This document shows positions 62,302-64,000 of a stretch of DNA of 64,000 nucleotides, piece after piece; the first letter of the stretch is position 1; each line of letters begins with the position of its first letter. The stretch lies in assembly GCA_965224705.1 (NCBI GenBank), contig OZ245056.1:640001-704000 (forward strand), written 5' to 3'. The position numbers and the translations under genes are program-made. This DNA is from Spirochaetaceae bacterium (lineage in GTDB: Bacteria > Spirochaetota > Spirochaetia > DSM-2461). The notes beneath the pieces were generated by a model. The model made no database searches. It was not told where the DNA came from and saw only the letters and a program-made list of their open reading frames with translations.

Positions 62302-64000
62302 GACTTTCCCTGCTGTATGAGTTCCGGCACAACCGGCAGACTGTTGATTTTGTTTCCGGAAGCCTGCCTTACAGCCTGAATGAATGCGGCCGGAACCAGA
62401 AGCCAGGGAAGTGAAGAGACATCTCTGGATGGCCGTTTCACACTGTTTTTGTAGAACTGAACATTGATTCCGGGTATAAGCGCTCCTTTTCTCAAGCCTG
62501 TACACCATAATAAGGCTTCCTCGACTGAGTTTTCAACAGCAGCAAGTGCATTATCCGGCAATATAAGCCGCCCGCCATCGATGCTAAGCCAGACCTGGAC
62601 TGATTCCAGACTTGAAGTTACAGTGGACAATACGACTTCCACGATTCCTGCACCCCATGAATAGAAATCACAGGGAGAACCGGTCATTTCCTTCCAGTCC
62701 CGGGTCTTGCTGCTTCTCCGATTGACCCGGTCTATGGTGATGGGTAATGCTTCCCTGAAACGGCGTTTGGAGAGATTCGAAAATGCCTGTTCAAGCTGAC
62801 GGGTGTAAACAGACACATGACTTCCAAGGATGGCGGGATCACATGTTTTTCTGCTGGTTTCAAAGTGATAATCAAATTCCACGTCCTTTTCATCGATTCC
62901 AAGGGCATGGACCGCCATGGCTGTCCATGCCTCACGGAGAGGGCCAGGGGCTTCAGACGGCATACGTATCCGCAGTTTTCCGTCCATATCAAGTGTAATA
63001 GACAGGGCAGCCGCCTGTGTCTCCCCAAAAGAGTTTATTAAACCATTGCCAAAGCCTGCGCAGGTTAATCCGACACCTCTGATGTATTCTGGAGCCAGTC
63101 TCAGTTTCTCATAATTGAGACGGTTTTGATTACTGGAGGAGAATTTACGCTCAAAATCAGATGGAGGAAGCAGTTCTTCAAGGAGTTCTGGAACCGAAAA
63201 ATCCTTCGGCAGAGAAATACCTCCCCCCATGGTTTGATGAGGTTCGGGAAGAATTCTGCGTTTCCATTCCGAGGGTAGTAAACGGGAGTTTTCCGGCATG
63301 TGAGATGCCAGCAATTCTCCGGCCAGATATCCAAGTTCAAGTCCTGCCGCCGGGCCAAAACCTGCAGGCGGTAGAGAGTTATAATGGATACATCCCTTTA
63401 TATGGTAATGAGGGCAGGGGTATAAACTGAAGATCCCCAGAATTATCCGATCGATAAGCTCTGATTCGAAGGGGAGCAGCGCTCCGGCTTCAATTGAAAC
63501 ATCACCTTCAATTGCAAGGATACGGCCATTCGATCCTACAGCTTTTCGGAGATTGAATGCGGCGCCTGGAATGACCGGCCCATGCGGAATCGCCTCAGGT
63601 GTTATGTTGAGATGAACTGACTGCCTGGTTTTCAATGAGAGAAATGCCGCAGTGATGGCCGAGAATGCAGGATAATAAAGATTGTCATGAATTCTCTGGC
63701 TGGAACCAGGTTTGAAGGCTGATACTTTTACAGATTTATTCGGCAGCTGCAGTATTTGTTTAATTTGTTTTCGAATGAATGCCAGCCAGGAGGCTTCAAG
63801 ATATAGGTGTAGGGAATTCCCATCGGCCAGGCAGGTAACACTTTCATACTTCATTTCCCTTTCTTTCAAGGGTATCAAAAAGGTTTCCTCAACGACATGA
63901 TCCGCCTTCTTGATTATATCCGATGCTTCCCCTTTGTTTCGTATAAATTCCTTTTCCACAGCCAGAGGATTGTCATCTTCGTTGATATCCAGCACGATAT
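62298..64000 (-). CDS. Degenerate xanthine dehydrogenase-family large subunit; 5' end runs off the window
   Basis: ADHVVEETF, AGFG, RGVG and IDGG landmarks; translationally coupled to the Fe-S and FAD subunit genes. Confidence 0.72.
   Translation of the reverse strand, partial: IVLDINEDDNPLAVEKEFIRNKGEASDIIKKADHVVEETFLIPLKEREMKYESVTCLADGNSLHLYLEASWLAFIRKQIKQILQLPNKSVKVSAFKPGSSQRIHDNLYYPAFSAITAAFLSLKTRQSVHLNITPEAIPHGPVIPGAAFNLRKAVGSNGRILAIEGDVSIEAGALLPFESELIDRIILGIFSLYPCPHYHIKGCIHYNSLPPAGFGPAAGLELGYLAGELLASHMPENSRLLPSEWKRRILPEPHQTMGGGISLPKDFSVPELLEELLPPSDFERKFSSSNQNRLNYEKLRLAPEYIRGVGLTCAGFGNGLINSFGETQAAALSITLDMDGKLRIRMPSEAPGPLREAWTAMAVHALGIDEKDVEFDYHFETSRKTCDPAILGSHVSVYTRQLEQAFSNLSKRRFREALPITIDRVNRRSSKTRDWKEMTGSPCDFYSWGAGIVEVVLSTVTSSLESVQVWLSIDGGRLILPDNALAAVENSVEEALLWCTGLRKGALIPGINVQFYKNSVKRPSRDVSSLPWLLVPAAFIQAVRQASGNKINSLPVVPELIQQGKS

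Overview
Chromosomal window from a spirochaete, inferred from FlaB with a sigma28 promoter, a stand-alone groEL, a cNMP-TPR/Crp gene pair and the dnaE-yggT-recG-rsmD order. It is mostly housekeeping and metabolic genes: a sugar kinase plus GH13_18 phosphorylase next to tRNA-Thr(CGT), dinG, asd, thiN, flaB, cca, rnc-acpP-rpmF, yajC-secD-secF, groEL, birA, argCBDG, mtaB-miaB, lipA, an aroD-aroE fusion, PFOR, rimO-uvrD, an acnA-sdhAB-sucCD-gltA block, an FN3 lipoprotein, rsmD-recG-yggT-dnaE and a degenerate xanthine-dehydrogenase-like trio. I found no transposase, integrase or CRISPR array. The unexplained structure is mostly non-coding. Two MITE-like repeat families occur as inverted pairs, one around PFOR and one around the TCA block. 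There is a candidate sigma28-driven small RNA (about 7321-7420), a long structured leader before rimO, a decayed duplicate of the lipoprotein 5' end, and repeated leaderless-type promoters. Several proteins look like pseudo-enzymes: the AroD domain lacks its catalytic His and Lys, and the XDH large subunit lacks Moco motifs. All alignments and counts were done by eye.
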